Origin: a bacterium
GTDB taxonomy: Bacteria; UBA8248
Reading direction: 5' to 3'
DNA: 64,000 nt
Assembly: GCA_963692865.2 (NCBI GenBank)
Contig: OY843592.1
Location: forward strand, 2,304,001 to 2,368,000
Under the pieces are notes generated by a model. That model was not told where the DNA came from. It did not search any database and was given only the letters and a program-made list of their open reading frames with translations. Position numbers and translations under genes: made by a program. Below are positions 48,692 to 58,227 of this stretch, in pieces. Each line of letters starts with the position of its first letter. Position 1 is the first letter of the stretch.

Positions 48692-49402
48692 ATGGAGCAT
48701 CAAAAAATCCTCATCATCTGCGCGCACCCCGACGACATCGAGTTCCGCTGCGCGGGCTCGGTCGCCAGGTGGACCCGCGAGGGCAGGCGCGTGGCGTATT
48801 GCCTCGCCACGAGCGGGGACAAGGGCGTGAACGGCCCCGAATCGCGCCGCATGACCATCGACGAAAAACGCGCGATACGCGAGAGCGAACAGCGCGCGGC
48901 GGCGGCCGTCGTGGGCGTGGAGCAGGTTCATTTCCTGCGCCATACGGACGGAGAGTTGCGCAATACGGCAGAACTCAGGCGCGACCTCGTGCGCGTGATG
49001 AGGGAATGCAAACCGGACCTCGTGAGCGCCGACGACCCGGCGAACGACGCCTTCGACAGCTTCTACGGCTACCACCGCGACCACCGCGCCGTCGCCAGGG
49101 CGGCCTTCGACGCGCTCTATCCCGCCGTGGGGAACGAGAACTATTTCCCCGAACTGCTGGCGGAGGGCCTGGAGCCGCATCATCCCAGGGAAGCCTGGTT
49201 CAAGACGATTCGCGGCGCCGACACCTGGGTGGACATCACCGACACGTTCGACCTGAAAATTAAGGCGCTCCATTGTCACAAGAGCCAGGTCAATGAGTCA
49301 GAAGACCTTATCACCCACCTGCGGGACTGGGCGAAGCGCTCGGGCGAAGCGGGCGGCCTCGAATGCGCCGAATCCTACCGGCGCATGGAGGTGCCGGGGT
49401 AG
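48692..49402 (+). CDS. PIG-L / LmbE family deacetylase
   Basis: AHPDDIE, TSGDKG, RESEQRAAA, HRDHR, KIKALHCHKSQ. Confidence 0.92.
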   Translation: MEHQKILIICAHPDDIEFRCAGSVARWTREGRRVAYCLATSGDKGVNGPESRRMTIDEKRAIRESEQRAAAAVVGVEQVHFLRHTDGELRNTAELRRDLVRVMRECKPDLVSADDPANDAFDSFYGYHRDHRAVARAAFDALYPAVGNENYFPELLAEGLEPHHPREAWFKTIRGADTWVDITDTFDLKIKALHCHKSQVNESEDLITHLRDWAKRSGEAGGLECAESYRRMEVPG

Positions 49403-49439
49403 GGGACGAACCAGACTGATGAGGTGGTTGTTGAAGAGC

Positions 49440-49745
49440 CCCTTGGCAAGGGGGGTTGGGGGGTTCGTAGGGGCCGTTCGTGAACGGCCCTCCTTTGAGG
49501 AAAAACGGGCGCTTCACGAAGCGCCCCTACGGGAACACCCCTTCGAGAGACCACAATGCTCGTCATTCCGGCGAAAGCCGGAATCCATTTTCGCCTTTTG
49601 CCTTTCATCAGTAGGGGCGGGCCCCTGTGCCCGCCCAATGACGGACAGGCACGGGGACCTGTCCCTACGGAACCCTGCAATGTAATGAAGGTGTAGTCGG
49701 ACAGGTCGCGACCTGTGGGACAGCCCCGAGGAGGGGCTGTCACTA
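49440..49745. repeat. Composite intergenic palindromic repeat cluster
   Basis: GTAGGGGCCGTTCGTGAACGGCCC..GGGCGCTTCACGAAGCGCCCCTAC; GTCATTCCGGCGAAAGCCGGAATCCA; GTAGGGGCGGGCCCCTGTGCCCGCCC..GGACAGGCACGGGGACCTGTCCCTAC. Confidence 0.8.
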
Positions 49746-49762
49746 CAGCAGATGTTCCACCA

Positions 49763-50074
49763 TCACCCCATCGTCGAATCGACGGCTTCGAGGAATTTCA
49801 CGCCCACGGGTTCGGCGAGGAGATCCGGCAGCTTCTCTCTGAAATTCTTGTAGTGCGGCTCTTCGCGGTGCGCGTCGAGCGCGGCCTGTGATTTCCAGCA
49901 CTCGATGAAGTGAAACGCGCCCGCCTCGTCCGTCGCCCGGTACAGGTTGTAGAAAATGCACCCCTCCTCGGCGCGCGAGGGCGCGCACATGCCGCCCAAA
50001 AGTTCGGCCATCTCGTCTTCTCGTCCGGGCTCGGGCTTCAGCCAAGCGATCAGGAACACCCTTTCGTCCGCCAT
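49763..50074 (-). CDS. Antibiotic biosynthesis monooxygenase / putative quinol monooxygenase
   Basis: KPEPGRE...SRAEEGCIFYNLY...FHFIECW...ALDAH..EPHY. Confidence 0.9.
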   Translation of the reverse strand: MADERVFLIAWLKPEPGREDEMAELLGGMCAPSRAEEGCIFYNLYRATDEAGAFHFIECWKSQAALDAHREEPHYKNFREKLPDLLAEPVGVKFLEAVDSTMG

Positions 50075-50230
50075 TTTCCGCCTCCTGGTCATGGAATGAA
50101 AAATCAAGTTGTATGGAGGCGTATTCTACGCCCAAGGCGGAATTGTGGCCAGACGAGGCGGGCGCGACCCGGCTGAAGAAGAGTCGTCCGGCGTCTCGCC
50201 TCACGAGAGCTTGGAGTGTATATTCCGCCC

Positions 50231-51133
50231 ATGGTCGAGTGGATATCATCATGGGGGAGTCCCGAGTTTCTCGCCGTGGCGACCTCGTTCAGCTATTCCA
50301 TCACGCTCATTTCGGTGCGCCGGGCGATGACGACCGGAAGCCCCTTGATGAGCATCATCGTCCTGAACTCGCTGGTGAGCATCGCGGGGCTTGCGACCGC
50401 CGCGATTCTGGGCACGCTGGCGTCCACCAACGTGAGGGCGCTCGGCTGGTTCGCGCTCACGGGCATGGCCGGCCACGGCACGGGGAGCCTCATCTTCTTC
50501 TCGGCCATCGAGCGTCTGGGCGTGAGCCGGGCCACGGCCGTCCATGCCTCGTCTCCTTTATGGGGCGTGGTCTTCGCCGTCATCATTCTGGGCGAACAGC
50601 CGGAGATATATGTGCTCCTGGGAACCTTAGGGATTGTGGGAGGCGTGTTTCTGCTCTCCTGGCCGGGCGGGGAAGGAGGGAAGGCAAAACGCGGGGAGCC
50701 GGTTCGCAGGGACTATCTTTTGCCGCTTTCCTCATCCGTGTGTTATGCGACGGTGCCCGTGTTCGCCAAGCTGGGCCTGGCGGAGCACGAGGCGCCTTAT
50801 CTGGGATTCGGCGTGGCGTTCGGCTCGGGCCTTTTGCTCATGCTGGCCGCGAGGCGCATGATGCCCGGCGGCGGGGTGATACGGGGGAATATGGCGACGT
50901 TGAGGGCGCTCCTCGTCGGGCTTCCGTTCAACATCGTCGCCGCGTTTTTGATGTGGACGGCGTTCGTGGCGGGTATGGTGTCGAGCGTCTTGCCGTTGAG
51001 CCGGATGACGCCCCTTTGGGTGATCCTGTTCAGTTTTCTGTTTCTGGGGAAAATAGAGCGCGTGGTGATGAAGACCGTGTTCGCCGCGTGCCTCGTGGTG
51101 GCCGGTGGGGTGATGATCACCCTGTTCCGCTAG
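50231..51133 (+). CDS. EamA/DMT family transporter (tandem paralog 1)
   Basis: About 10 TM segments; AIERLGVSRA, ILGE, VLPLSRMTPLWV. Confidence 0.88.
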   Translation: MVEWISSWGSPEFLAVATSFSYSITLISVRRAMTTGSPLMSIIVLNSLVSIAGLATAAILGTLASTNVRALGWFALTGMAGHGTGSLIFFSAIERLGVSRATAVHASSPLWGVVFAVIILGEQPEIYVLLGTLGIVGGVFLLSWPGGEGGKAKRGEPVRRDYLLPLSSSVCYATVPVFAKLGLAEHEAPYLGFGVAFGSGLLLMLAARRMMPGGGVIRGNMATLRALLVGLPFNIVAAFLMWTAFVAGMVSSVLPLSRMTPLWVILFSFLFLGKIERVVMKTVFAACLVVAGGVMITLFR

Positions 51134-51166
51134 CACACCCATAGCGAGGCGTATCACCAGGGAGCC

Positions 51167-52078
51167 GTGAGTATAAAAATGTCGGGTCTTTTCGCACAGG
51201 CAGGCTGGGGGGAATTGTTCGCGGTAGGCGCGTCTCTTTGTTATTCGACCTCGCTCATCGCCATTCGCCAGGGGGTGCGCAGCGCGACGCCGATTGCGGG
51301 CGTCCTTATTTTAAGCTCGACCGTCTCGGTGCTGGGGCTCGTCATCGCGGCCGCCCGCGGCACGCTCTTTGAATCCTCCCTCACGCCCGTATTGATCTTC
51401 ATGCTGGGCGGCTGTCTGGGGCAGGGCGCCGGGCAGCTCACGAACGCCATCGGCATCGAGAAGATGGGCGTGAGCCGCTCCGTGCCGATTCAATCCTCAA
51501 CGCCCATCTTCTCGGTCACCTTCGCGATGATGTTTCTGGGCGAGCGGCCCGGCTTCGCCGTCATCATGGGGACGCTCTTGATCGTGGCGGGCGTCTGCCT
51601 GCTCTCCGTTACCGAGCGGCGCAAAGATCAGAGTTTCAAGAGCTTCTTTCAGGGCGCGCTCGTCTATCCGCTCACCTCGGCGCTCTCCTACGGACTCCTG
51701 CCCGTGCTGGCGAACGTCGCGTTTTCCTACCAGAAAACCCCCATCGTGGGCTTCGCCTGCGCCTTCACGGCGGGAACCCTCCTCCTCGCGGTGACGCGCC
51801 CTCTCCTGCCCGACGGCGGCAAGCTCGTGGTAGACCGGAGAGCCGCCTGCTGGTTTCTGGGCGCAGGAATCACAACGACGATCGCGGCCATCTTTTTCTG
51901 GACGGCGATGAGCATCGCGCCCGTCTCGACCGTGCTGCCGCTGAGCAGGCTCGTGCCCCTGTGGGTGGTCCTGTGGACATATCTCTTCTTGGGCGGGCTC
52001 GAACGCATCACCTCTCGCATCGTCCTGGCGGCGGGGATGGTCGTGGCGGGAGGGGTGCTGATCACCGCCTTCAAGTAA
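51167..52078 (+). CDS. EamA/DMT family transporter (tandem paralog 2)
   Basis: About 10 TM segments; GIEKMGVSRS, FLGE, VLPLSRLVPLWV. Confidence 0.88.
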   Translation: MSIKMSGLFAQAGWGELFAVGASLCYSTSLIAIRQGVRSATPIAGVLILSSTVSVLGLVIAAARGTLFESSLTPVLIFMLGGCLGQGAGQLTNAIGIEKMGVSRSVPIQSSTPIFSVTFAMMFLGERPGFAVIMGTLLIVAGVCLLSVTERRKDQSFKSFFQGALVYPLTSALSYGLLPVLANVAFSYQKTPIVGFACAFTAGTLLLAVTRPLLPDGGKLVVDRRAACWFLGAGITTTIAAIFFWTAMSIAPVSTVLPLSRLVPLWVVLWTYLFLGGLERITSRIVLAAGMVVAGGVLITAFK

Positions 52079-52127
52079 ACGCCCGCTCATCTCGCCTAAG
52101 CGTCCCGGTGCGTGTATAGTCGCGCCC

Positions 52128-53033
52128 ATGAACGCGCAAGCTCCCTTTTTCATGTCGGGCGAAATCCTCGCTCTGGCCTCCTCGTTCATCTACTCGGCGG
52201 CGCTCATATCCTTCCGCCGGGGTTTGAGGAGCGCCTCTCCCATCACCGGAGTGCTCATCACCAACGCCGTGGCGAGCGCTTTGCTCTTGAGCCTCGCCTT
52301 TTTCCTGGGCACGCTGCAGACCTCCTCGCTCAGGCCCGTCTTGTGGTTCATGCTGGCGGGCTGCCTGGGGCAGGGGATGGGCCATCTGGCTTCCTACACG
52401 GCGATTCAGCGCATCGGCGCGAGCCGCACCAGCCCCGTTCAGGCTTCGGCCCCGATATGGGCGGTTTTTTTCGCCGCCTTCTTTCTGGGGGAAGAGCCGG
52501 GCGTGGCGGTCGTGCTCGGCACGCTCGCCATCGTCGGGGGCGTGGCGCTCATCTCGATGGGCGAGGGCAAGGACGTCGCCAAGGGCGGCATGGGGCCGGA
52601 GTTCCGCCGCGCGCTGATGTTTCCCGTCTTCGCTTCGTTCATGTACGCCGCCATGCCCGTGATCGCGAAAATCGGCTATGCCGGGCAGAGAACGCCCTTC
52701 GCGGCGGTGGGCTTCGCCTTTCTGGCGGGTTTCCTCTTTCTTCTTTGCGCGAAGCCGTTTCTGGGCGCGAGCGGCAGGCTGCGGGCGGATATGCGCGGCG
52801 TGCGATGGATTCTGCTGGGTTCGCTCTTCTCCGCCACCGCCACGGGGCTTTTGTGGTACACCCTCACGTTCTCGGACGTGACGGTCGTCCTCCCCCTGAG
52901 CCGCACCGCCCCGATATGGGTGGTGCTCTTAAGCCTCGTCTTCATGGGCGACATGGAGCGCGTGAACGCGCGCATCTTCGGCGCGGCGGGGCTGGTCGTC
53001 CTGGGCGGATTCCTGATCACGAGTTTTCGGTGA
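52128..53033 (+). CDS. EamA/DMT family transporter (tandem paralog 3)
   Basis: About 10 TM segments; AIQRIGASRT, FLGE, VLPLSRTAPIWV. Confidence 0.88.
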   Translation: MNAQAPFFMSGEILALASSFIYSAALISFRRGLRSASPITGVLITNAVASALLLSLAFFLGTLQTSSLRPVLWFMLAGCLGQGMGHLASYTAIQRIGASRTSPVQASAPIWAVFFAAFFLGEEPGVAVVLGTLAIVGGVALISMGEGKDVAKGGMGPEFRRALMFPVFASFMYAAMPVIAKIGYAGQRTPFAAVGFAFLAGFLFLLCAKPFLGASGRLRADMRGVRWILLGSLFSATATGLLWYTLTFSDVTVVLPLSRTAPIWVVLLSLVFMGDMERVNARIFGAAGLVVLGGFLITSFR

Positions 53034-53165
53034 ATTTTCCTCACCCACGCCTGAATGCAGGGGAAAATGGCGGTTCTTTAAGGGGGGCGTGATAATATAC
53101 GCGTCGAAGAATTCCCCCGATATTCGGCGCTTCTTTCTCTCCGTCCGCTGCTCTGGAGGAAAACC

Positions 53166-53558
53166 ATGCAAAATCTATACGGATGGTTCGGAAATTTCCT
53201 GATTCTCGCGGCGGCGCTGCTGACGGCGAACAATCTCTTCTTCGCCGCGAACCCCGCCGCCGCGACGCCTCTTTTCATCTACGCCGACGTTCTCGTGCTG
53301 GCGGGGTTCGTGATCGTCCTGGCCGACGGCTTTCGGGCCATATATTCATCGGCGAAGAGCGAAACCTACCAGTTGATGATATGCGTCTTCGGCATCACGG
53401 GGCATCTGTATGCCTACAACACCCTGGCGAAGGTCTCGGCGAGCGGACTCCAGAATCCCACGTTGTGGCTCATCATCGACCCCGTCGTCATGGCGTTGTT
53501 CATCTACAGGGGGCTGCAGTGGAAGCGGGAAGCCGCAACCGGTGCTTCTCCCGCGTGA
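53166..53558 (+). CDS. Small 4-TM hypothetical membrane protein
   Basis: GGAGG RBS; four hydrophobic segments. Confidence 0.7.
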   Translation: MQNLYGWFGNFLILAAALLTANNLFFAANPAAATPLFIYADVLVLAGFVIVLADGFRAIYSSAKSETYQLMICVFGITGHLYAYNTLAKVSASGLQNPTLWLIIDPVVMALFIYRGLQWKREAATGASPA

Positions 53559-53679
53559 GGATGGAAACTGCGCTGCCGGGATGTGTTAGAAATTAAGCGT
53601 TAAAAAATAATAGATTGCGAGTTATTTATAAAGCAATTCTTTAAGGATTGAAGCGTCGGAATCCTCCGGCGTGCTTCTT

Positions 53680-56418
53680 TCACCGCCGCCTTCTCGGCTT
53701 TCTCACCCGCACGGCGCAGAACTTGAACTCGGGGATTTTCCCGTAGGGGTCGAGGTCGTCCACGGTGAGCAGGTTGGCGGCGGCCTCCACGTAGTGGAAG
53801 GGGATGAACACCTGGCCGGGCCGCACGCGCGCGGCAGCCCGGGTGGGGAGGGTGATCTCCCCGCGCCTCGATTCCACGCGAACGTCCGCGCCGTCCCTGA
53901 TCCTGAGGCGCTTCAAGTCGTCTGGCGCCATTTCCACGTAGGGGCCGGGTTCGGCGGCCTCCAGGGCCTGCGCCCTTCTGGTGATGGCCCCGGTGTGCCA
54001 GTGGTAGATGTTGCGCCCCGTGTTCAAGACGAAGGGGTAGTCGTCGTCCGGTAGTTCCTTTGCGGGGGCATACTGGACGGGAATGAGTTTCCCCCTGCCG
54101 GACGGGAACGATTTCGTGAACAGGATTTCCGTGCCCGGACGATCGGGTCTCGCGCACGGCCAGACGAGTCCGTGTTCTCCCAAGCGGTTGTAGGACATTC
54201 CCGCCATGAACGGCGTGAGCGATGCGATTTCATCGAAAATCTCCGCTTCCGACGCATAGTCCATCGGGTAGCCGAGCCGCGCCGATAGTTCGGCCACGAT
54301 GCGCCAGTCTTCGCGCGCTTCGCCGGGCGGGCTGACGGCGCGCCTGCCGATCTGGACCCTCCTGTCCGTGTTCGTATAGGTGCCCGTTTTTTCGGGAAAC
54401 GCCGTGGAGGGCAGCACCACGTCGGCGAAACAGGCGGTTTCCGTCAGAAAAATATCCTGGACGGCGAGGAATTCGAGGTTGGCGAGCGCGCCCCTGGAGT
54501 GGTTGAGATTGGGATCGCTCATCGCGGGGTTCTCGCCCATGACGTACATGCCCTTGATCTCGCCCCTGAGGGCGGCGTCCGCGATTTCCATCACGGTGAG
54601 GCCGGGCGCGGGGTCGAGCTTCCGGCCCCAGGCTTTTTCGAATTTCCTGCGGATTCTGGGCGAGGCGACGTCCTGATAGCCCGAATACACCATGGGAATG
54701 AGGCCCACGTCCGACGCTCCCTGCACGTTGTTCTGGCCCCGCAGGGGGTGGAGGCCCGTTCCTGCTCGCCCGATCTGCCCGCAAACGAGGCACAGGGCGA
54801 TGAGCGCGCGGCAGTTGTCCGTGCCGTGGGTGTGCTGGGAGAGGCCCATGCCCCAGAAGATCATGCTGCGATCGGCCGTCGCGTACCCTCTGGCCAGTTG
54901 CCTGAGCGTTTCTGCGGGGACGCCGGTGAGTTTGGCGGCGTTCTCGGGCGTGTAGGGCTTCACGTTTTCGGCGAGCGCCTCGAACCCCTCCGTGCGCGCG
55001 GCGACGAAGTCCGCGTCGTAGAGTTTTTCCTCGATCACGACGTTCAAGAGCCCGTTGAAGAGCGCCACGTCCGTTCCGGGGCGGAACTGCAAGAAGGCGT
55101 CCGCGTGGTCGACCAGGTCGATTCTCCTCGGGTCCACGACGGCCAGCGTGGCGCCCGCGCCAGCGGCCTGCTTGATGAAGGTGGCGGCCACGGGGTGGTT
55201 TTCCGTTGCGTTCGCCCCCGCCACGAGGATGAAGTCGGCCTTCAGGGCGTCTGCGAAGGGGTTGCTCACCGCGCTCGATCCGATGGTCTGGAACAGGGCG
55301 GCCACCGAACTGGAGTGGCAAAGCCTGGTGCAGTGGTCCACGTTGTTCGTCCCGAAGGCGGCGCGGATGAGTTTCTGGAAGAGGTAGTTGTCCTCGTTCG
55401 AGCATTTGGCCGAGCCGAAGCCGGCCAGAGCCGAGGGGCCGTGCGCCTCGTGGATTTTCCCGAGCGAGGCCGCCGTCAGGTCCAGGGCTTCATCCCAGCC
55501 CGCCTCGCGGAACAGGGAGAGGGGGTTTCCCGGAAGCTCCTTCGTCTTGGGCGCGCCCTCTTTGCGGATGAGGGGGGTCGTCAACCGGTCGGGGTGGTGC
55601 GCGTAGTCGAACCCGTAGCGCCCCTTCACGCAGAGTCTTCCCCGGTTCACGGGGCTCGTCTCGTCTCCCTGGACGCCGATGAGGGTGTTGTCCGCCACCT
55701 GGTAGGTGATGGAGCAGCCCACGCCGCAGTAGGGGCAGAGCGAGTCCACCTCCTTTGGTTCCGCAGGGGCGGTTGGCAGCGTGAGGGATTTGTTGGTGAG
55801 CGCGTCGGTGGGGCAGGCGGCCATGCACTCCCCGCAGGAGACGCAGGTGGATTCCCCCATCGGCAGGTCCGCGTCGAACACGATTCGCGCGTTCGCGCCC
55901 TTGCCGCCGCGCCCGATGACGTTGTTGCCCTGAACGTCCGTGCAGGCGCGGATGCAGCGGTCGCACAGGATGCACGCGCCGTGGTCGACGGCGATGACGG
56001 CGGATGAGGAATCCTGCGCTCGCCCCGTCTCCTTGGGGGGCAGGGCGTTCACGCCGTTTTGGACTTTCATCTGCTCGGCGAGGGCGGTGAGTTCGCAGTT
56101 CGCAGGCTCGGACTCGGGCCCGTGGTCCGCCATCAGCATGGCCACGAGGGTTTTCTGGGCGCGCACGACGCGCTCGCTTCCCGTCTGGATCACCATGCCG
56201 GGCTCGACTTTCCGGTGGCAGGCGGGAACCAGCGTCCGCGCACCCTCGACCTCCACGGCGCACACGCGGCAAACGCCGGCGGGCTCCATGCCGGGCTGGT
56301 GGCAGAGCCTCGGGATGTCGACCCCCATCGACTGCGCGGCCTCCCAGATGGTCGAGCCGGGCGGCGCCTCGATTTCCCGGCCGTCGATGGTGATCGTCAT
56401 CGTCTTTTCGTCAGACAT
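53680..56418 (-). CDS. fdhF: Formate dehydrogenase alpha subunit (Mo/W-bisPGD, Cys-type) with N-terminal Fe-S domains
   Basis: 2Fe-2S motif (LC...GVCRVC...C), CILCDRCIRAC, CVSCGECMAACP, CPYCGVGC, LCVKG, active site NVDHCTRLCHS, PLRGQNNVQG, IPEFK. Confidence 0.93.
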   Translation of the reverse strand: MSDEKTMTITIDGREIEAPPGSTIWEAAQSMGVDIPRLCHQPGMEPAGVCRVCAVEVEGARTLVPACHRKVEPGMVIQTGSERVVRAQKTLVAMLMADHGPESEPANCELTALAEQMKVQNGVNALPPKETGRAQDSSSAVIAVDHGACILCDRCIRACTDVQGNNVIGRGGKGANARIVFDADLPMGESTCVSCGECMAACPTDALTNKSLTLPTAPAEPKEVDSLCPYCGVGCSITYQVADNTLIGVQGDETSPVNRGRLCVKGRYGFDYAHHPDRLTTPLIRKEGAPKTKELPGNPLSLFREAGWDEALDLTAASLGKIHEAHGPSALAGFGSAKCSNEDNYLFQKLIRAAFGTNNVDHCTRLCHSSSVAALFQTIGSSAVSNPFADALKADFILVAGANATENHPVAATFIKQAAGAGATLAVVDPRRIDLVDHADAFLQFRPGTDVALFNGLLNVVIEEKLYDADFVAARTEGFEALAENVKPYTPENAAKLTGVPAETLRQLARGYATADRSMIFWGMGLSQHTHGTDNCRALIALCLVCGQIGRAGTGLHPLRGQNNVQGASDVGLIPMVYSGYQDVASPRIRRKFEKAWGRKLDPAPGLTVMEIADAALRGEIKGMYVMGENPAMSDPNLNHSRGALANLEFLAVQDIFLTETACFADVVLPSTAFPEKTGTYTNTDRRVQIGRRAVSPPGEAREDWRIVAELSARLGYPMDYASEAEIFDEIASLTPFMAGMSYNRLGEHGLVWPCARPDRPGTEILFTKSFPSGRGKLIPVQYAPAKELPDDDYPFVLNTGRNIYHWHTGAITRRAQALEAAEPGPYVEMAPDDLKRLRIRDGADVRVESRRGEITLPTRAAARVRPGQVFIPFHYVEAAANLLTVDDLDPYGKIPEFKFCAVRVRKPRRRR

Positions 56419-56433
56419 TTCCCAGCCCCGGTC

Positions 56434-58083
56434 TCATTTGAGCCTCGCCTTGATATCCGCCTCGAAGTATTCGAAAAGCGAGAGATAGGGAATCGGCGCG
56501 GCCTGTCCGAGCCCGCAGATGGAGGTGTCCTTCATGGCCTCGCATATCTCGCGCATGGCGGGCAGCTCCGAAGCGCGTCCCTCCCCGCGCAGGACCCGCT
56601 CCAGAAAGGCGGTGAGTTTTTCCGTACCCAGGCGGCAGGGCACGCACTTGCCGCAGGATTCGTCCCTGAAAAAGCGCACCACGTTGTGGGCGAGCGCCGC
56701 CATGTCCACCCCCTCGGGAATGACGACGAGCGCTCCGCTGCCCAGCATGCTGCCCGCCTCCTGAAGGGAGTCGAAGTCGTATGGAATATCGGCGAGGCCG
56801 GCGGGCAGAAACCCGCTGCTGGCCCCGCCCGGGGAAAACGCCTTCAGGCGCGCGCCCCGCGTCAGTCCGCCCGCTGTACCCTCGATGATCTCCCGGATGG
56901 GCGTGCCGAACTCCACCTCGTAGACGCCCGGTTTTCGCACCGCGCCGCTCACGCCCACCACCTTGAAGCCTTTTGCCCCGTTTCGCCCGAAAGAGGTGAA
57001 CCACGCGGCCCCGTTCTTGAGCACCGCCGGTATGAGCGCGAAGGTCTCGACGTTGTTGATGAGGGTGGGCTTGCCGAACAGACCCGCCGTGCCGGGGAAG
57101 GGGGGTTTGTCGCGGGGCTGTGCGCGCTTGTCCTCCAGGACTTCTAAGAGCGCCGTCTCCTCCCCGCAGATGTAGCCGCCCGGACTGATGAAGATTTCGA
57201 GGCTTGGGCTTTTCTTCGTGCCGACGAGCCGGGCCTCGCGCGCGCGCTCGATGGCTTTCTGGAGCCTCCCCGCCTGCGCGCCGTATTCATGGCGTATGTA
57301 GATGATGGCGCGCGCAGCGCCCACGACCCGGCAGGCGATGAGTATCCCCTCGACGACGAGTTCGGGATGCGAGTCCATGATGGCGCGGTCCTTGAACGTG
57401 CCCGGCTCGCTCTCATCGGCGTTGCAGACGACGAATTTCTCCGCCCCCGGCGCGCTCCGGACGAAACTCCACTTGAGCCCGGCCGGAAAGCCTGCCCCGC
57501 CCATGCCGCGCAGGCCGCTCTCCTTGAGGGTTTCGATGACGCTTTCGGGGTTTCCGCTCCGCATCAGGGAGCGCAGGACGCCGTAGGCCTCGTTCTTGCG
57601 GTAGGGATTGATGCGCGATGCGTTTTTGAGTTTCTGCGCCCTGGAAGCGGGCCTCGTCGCTCTATTTTTCCAGGACTCCAGGATTTCTTGAAATTTCTCG
57701 TCCGTGAGGGATGAATAGATGCGGCCCTCGATCTCGGCGGCGGGCCCCTTGTCGCACCGGCCCAGGCAGGAGCAGCCTTCGGGCCGGAGGTTCCTGACGC
57801 CCGCGCGGCGGGCGATTTTTTTCGCGTTATCGAGCAGCGCATCGCCGCCTGCGAGCAGGCAACTCATGTCCCGGCAGACCTGGACTTTCGGTTTCGCGGG
57901 TTTTTCCAGGTGAAAGTGCGGGAAAAAACTGGCGATGCCGTATGAATCGTATATGGGCACGCCGAGGTCTTTGGATATCTCCGTAATCGCTTCCTTGGAG
58001 AGATAGCCTTCTTCGCGCTGGCGGGAGAGCAGGGCCTCGATTTTGGCGGGAGGCTTGTAGGCCGTGGAAGCGTTTTCTGTCAT
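56434..58083 (-). CDS. Fused NuoE-NuoF-like diaphorase subunit of NAD-dependent formate dehydrogenase
   Basis: VCRDMSC...SCLGRC (NuoE 2Fe-2S); GLRGMGGAGFP, CNADESEPG, YICGEETAL, ESCGKCVPCR and ICGLG (NuoF). Confidence 0.92.
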   Translation of the reverse strand: MTENASTAYKPPAKIEALLSRQREEGYLSKEAITEISKDLGVPIYDSYGIASFFPHFHLEKPAKPKVQVCRDMSCLLAGGDALLDNAKKIARRAGVRNLRPEGCSCLGRCDKGPAAEIEGRIYSSLTDEKFQEILESWKNRATRPASRAQKLKNASRINPYRKNEAYGVLRSLMRSGNPESVIETLKESGLRGMGGAGFPAGLKWSFVRSAPGAEKFVVCNADESEPGTFKDRAIMDSHPELVVEGILIACRVVGAARAIIYIRHEYGAQAGRLQKAIERAREARLVGTKKSPSLEIFISPGGYICGEETALLEVLEDKRAQPRDKPPFPGTAGLFGKPTLINNVETFALIPAVLKNGAAWFTSFGRNGAKGFKVVGVSGAVRKPGVYEVEFGTPIREIIEGTAGGLTRGARLKAFSPGGASSGFLPAGLADIPYDFDSLQEAGSMLGSGALVVIPEGVDMAALAHNVVRFFRDESCGKCVPCRLGTEKLTAFLERVLRGEGRASELPAMREICEAMKDTSICGLGQAAPIPYLSLFEYFEADIKARLK

Positions 58084-58227
58084 GGCAATCTCCCCGTGAG
58101 CCGCAATGCCTCGGAAATCATTCTAAGTGTTCGCGCCGCGTGGTGTCCAGCAATTCTTTGGGGCGATATGCCGCCTGCTCAGGGTGGCGGAAAACAACCT
58201 TCCCGTCTCTCCTTGCCGTGAACCCTC

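Noticed and set aside
55300-55345. Selenocysteine in formate dehydrogenase
   Set aside because: The active-site codon is TGC (Cys) and the ORF is uninterrupted.
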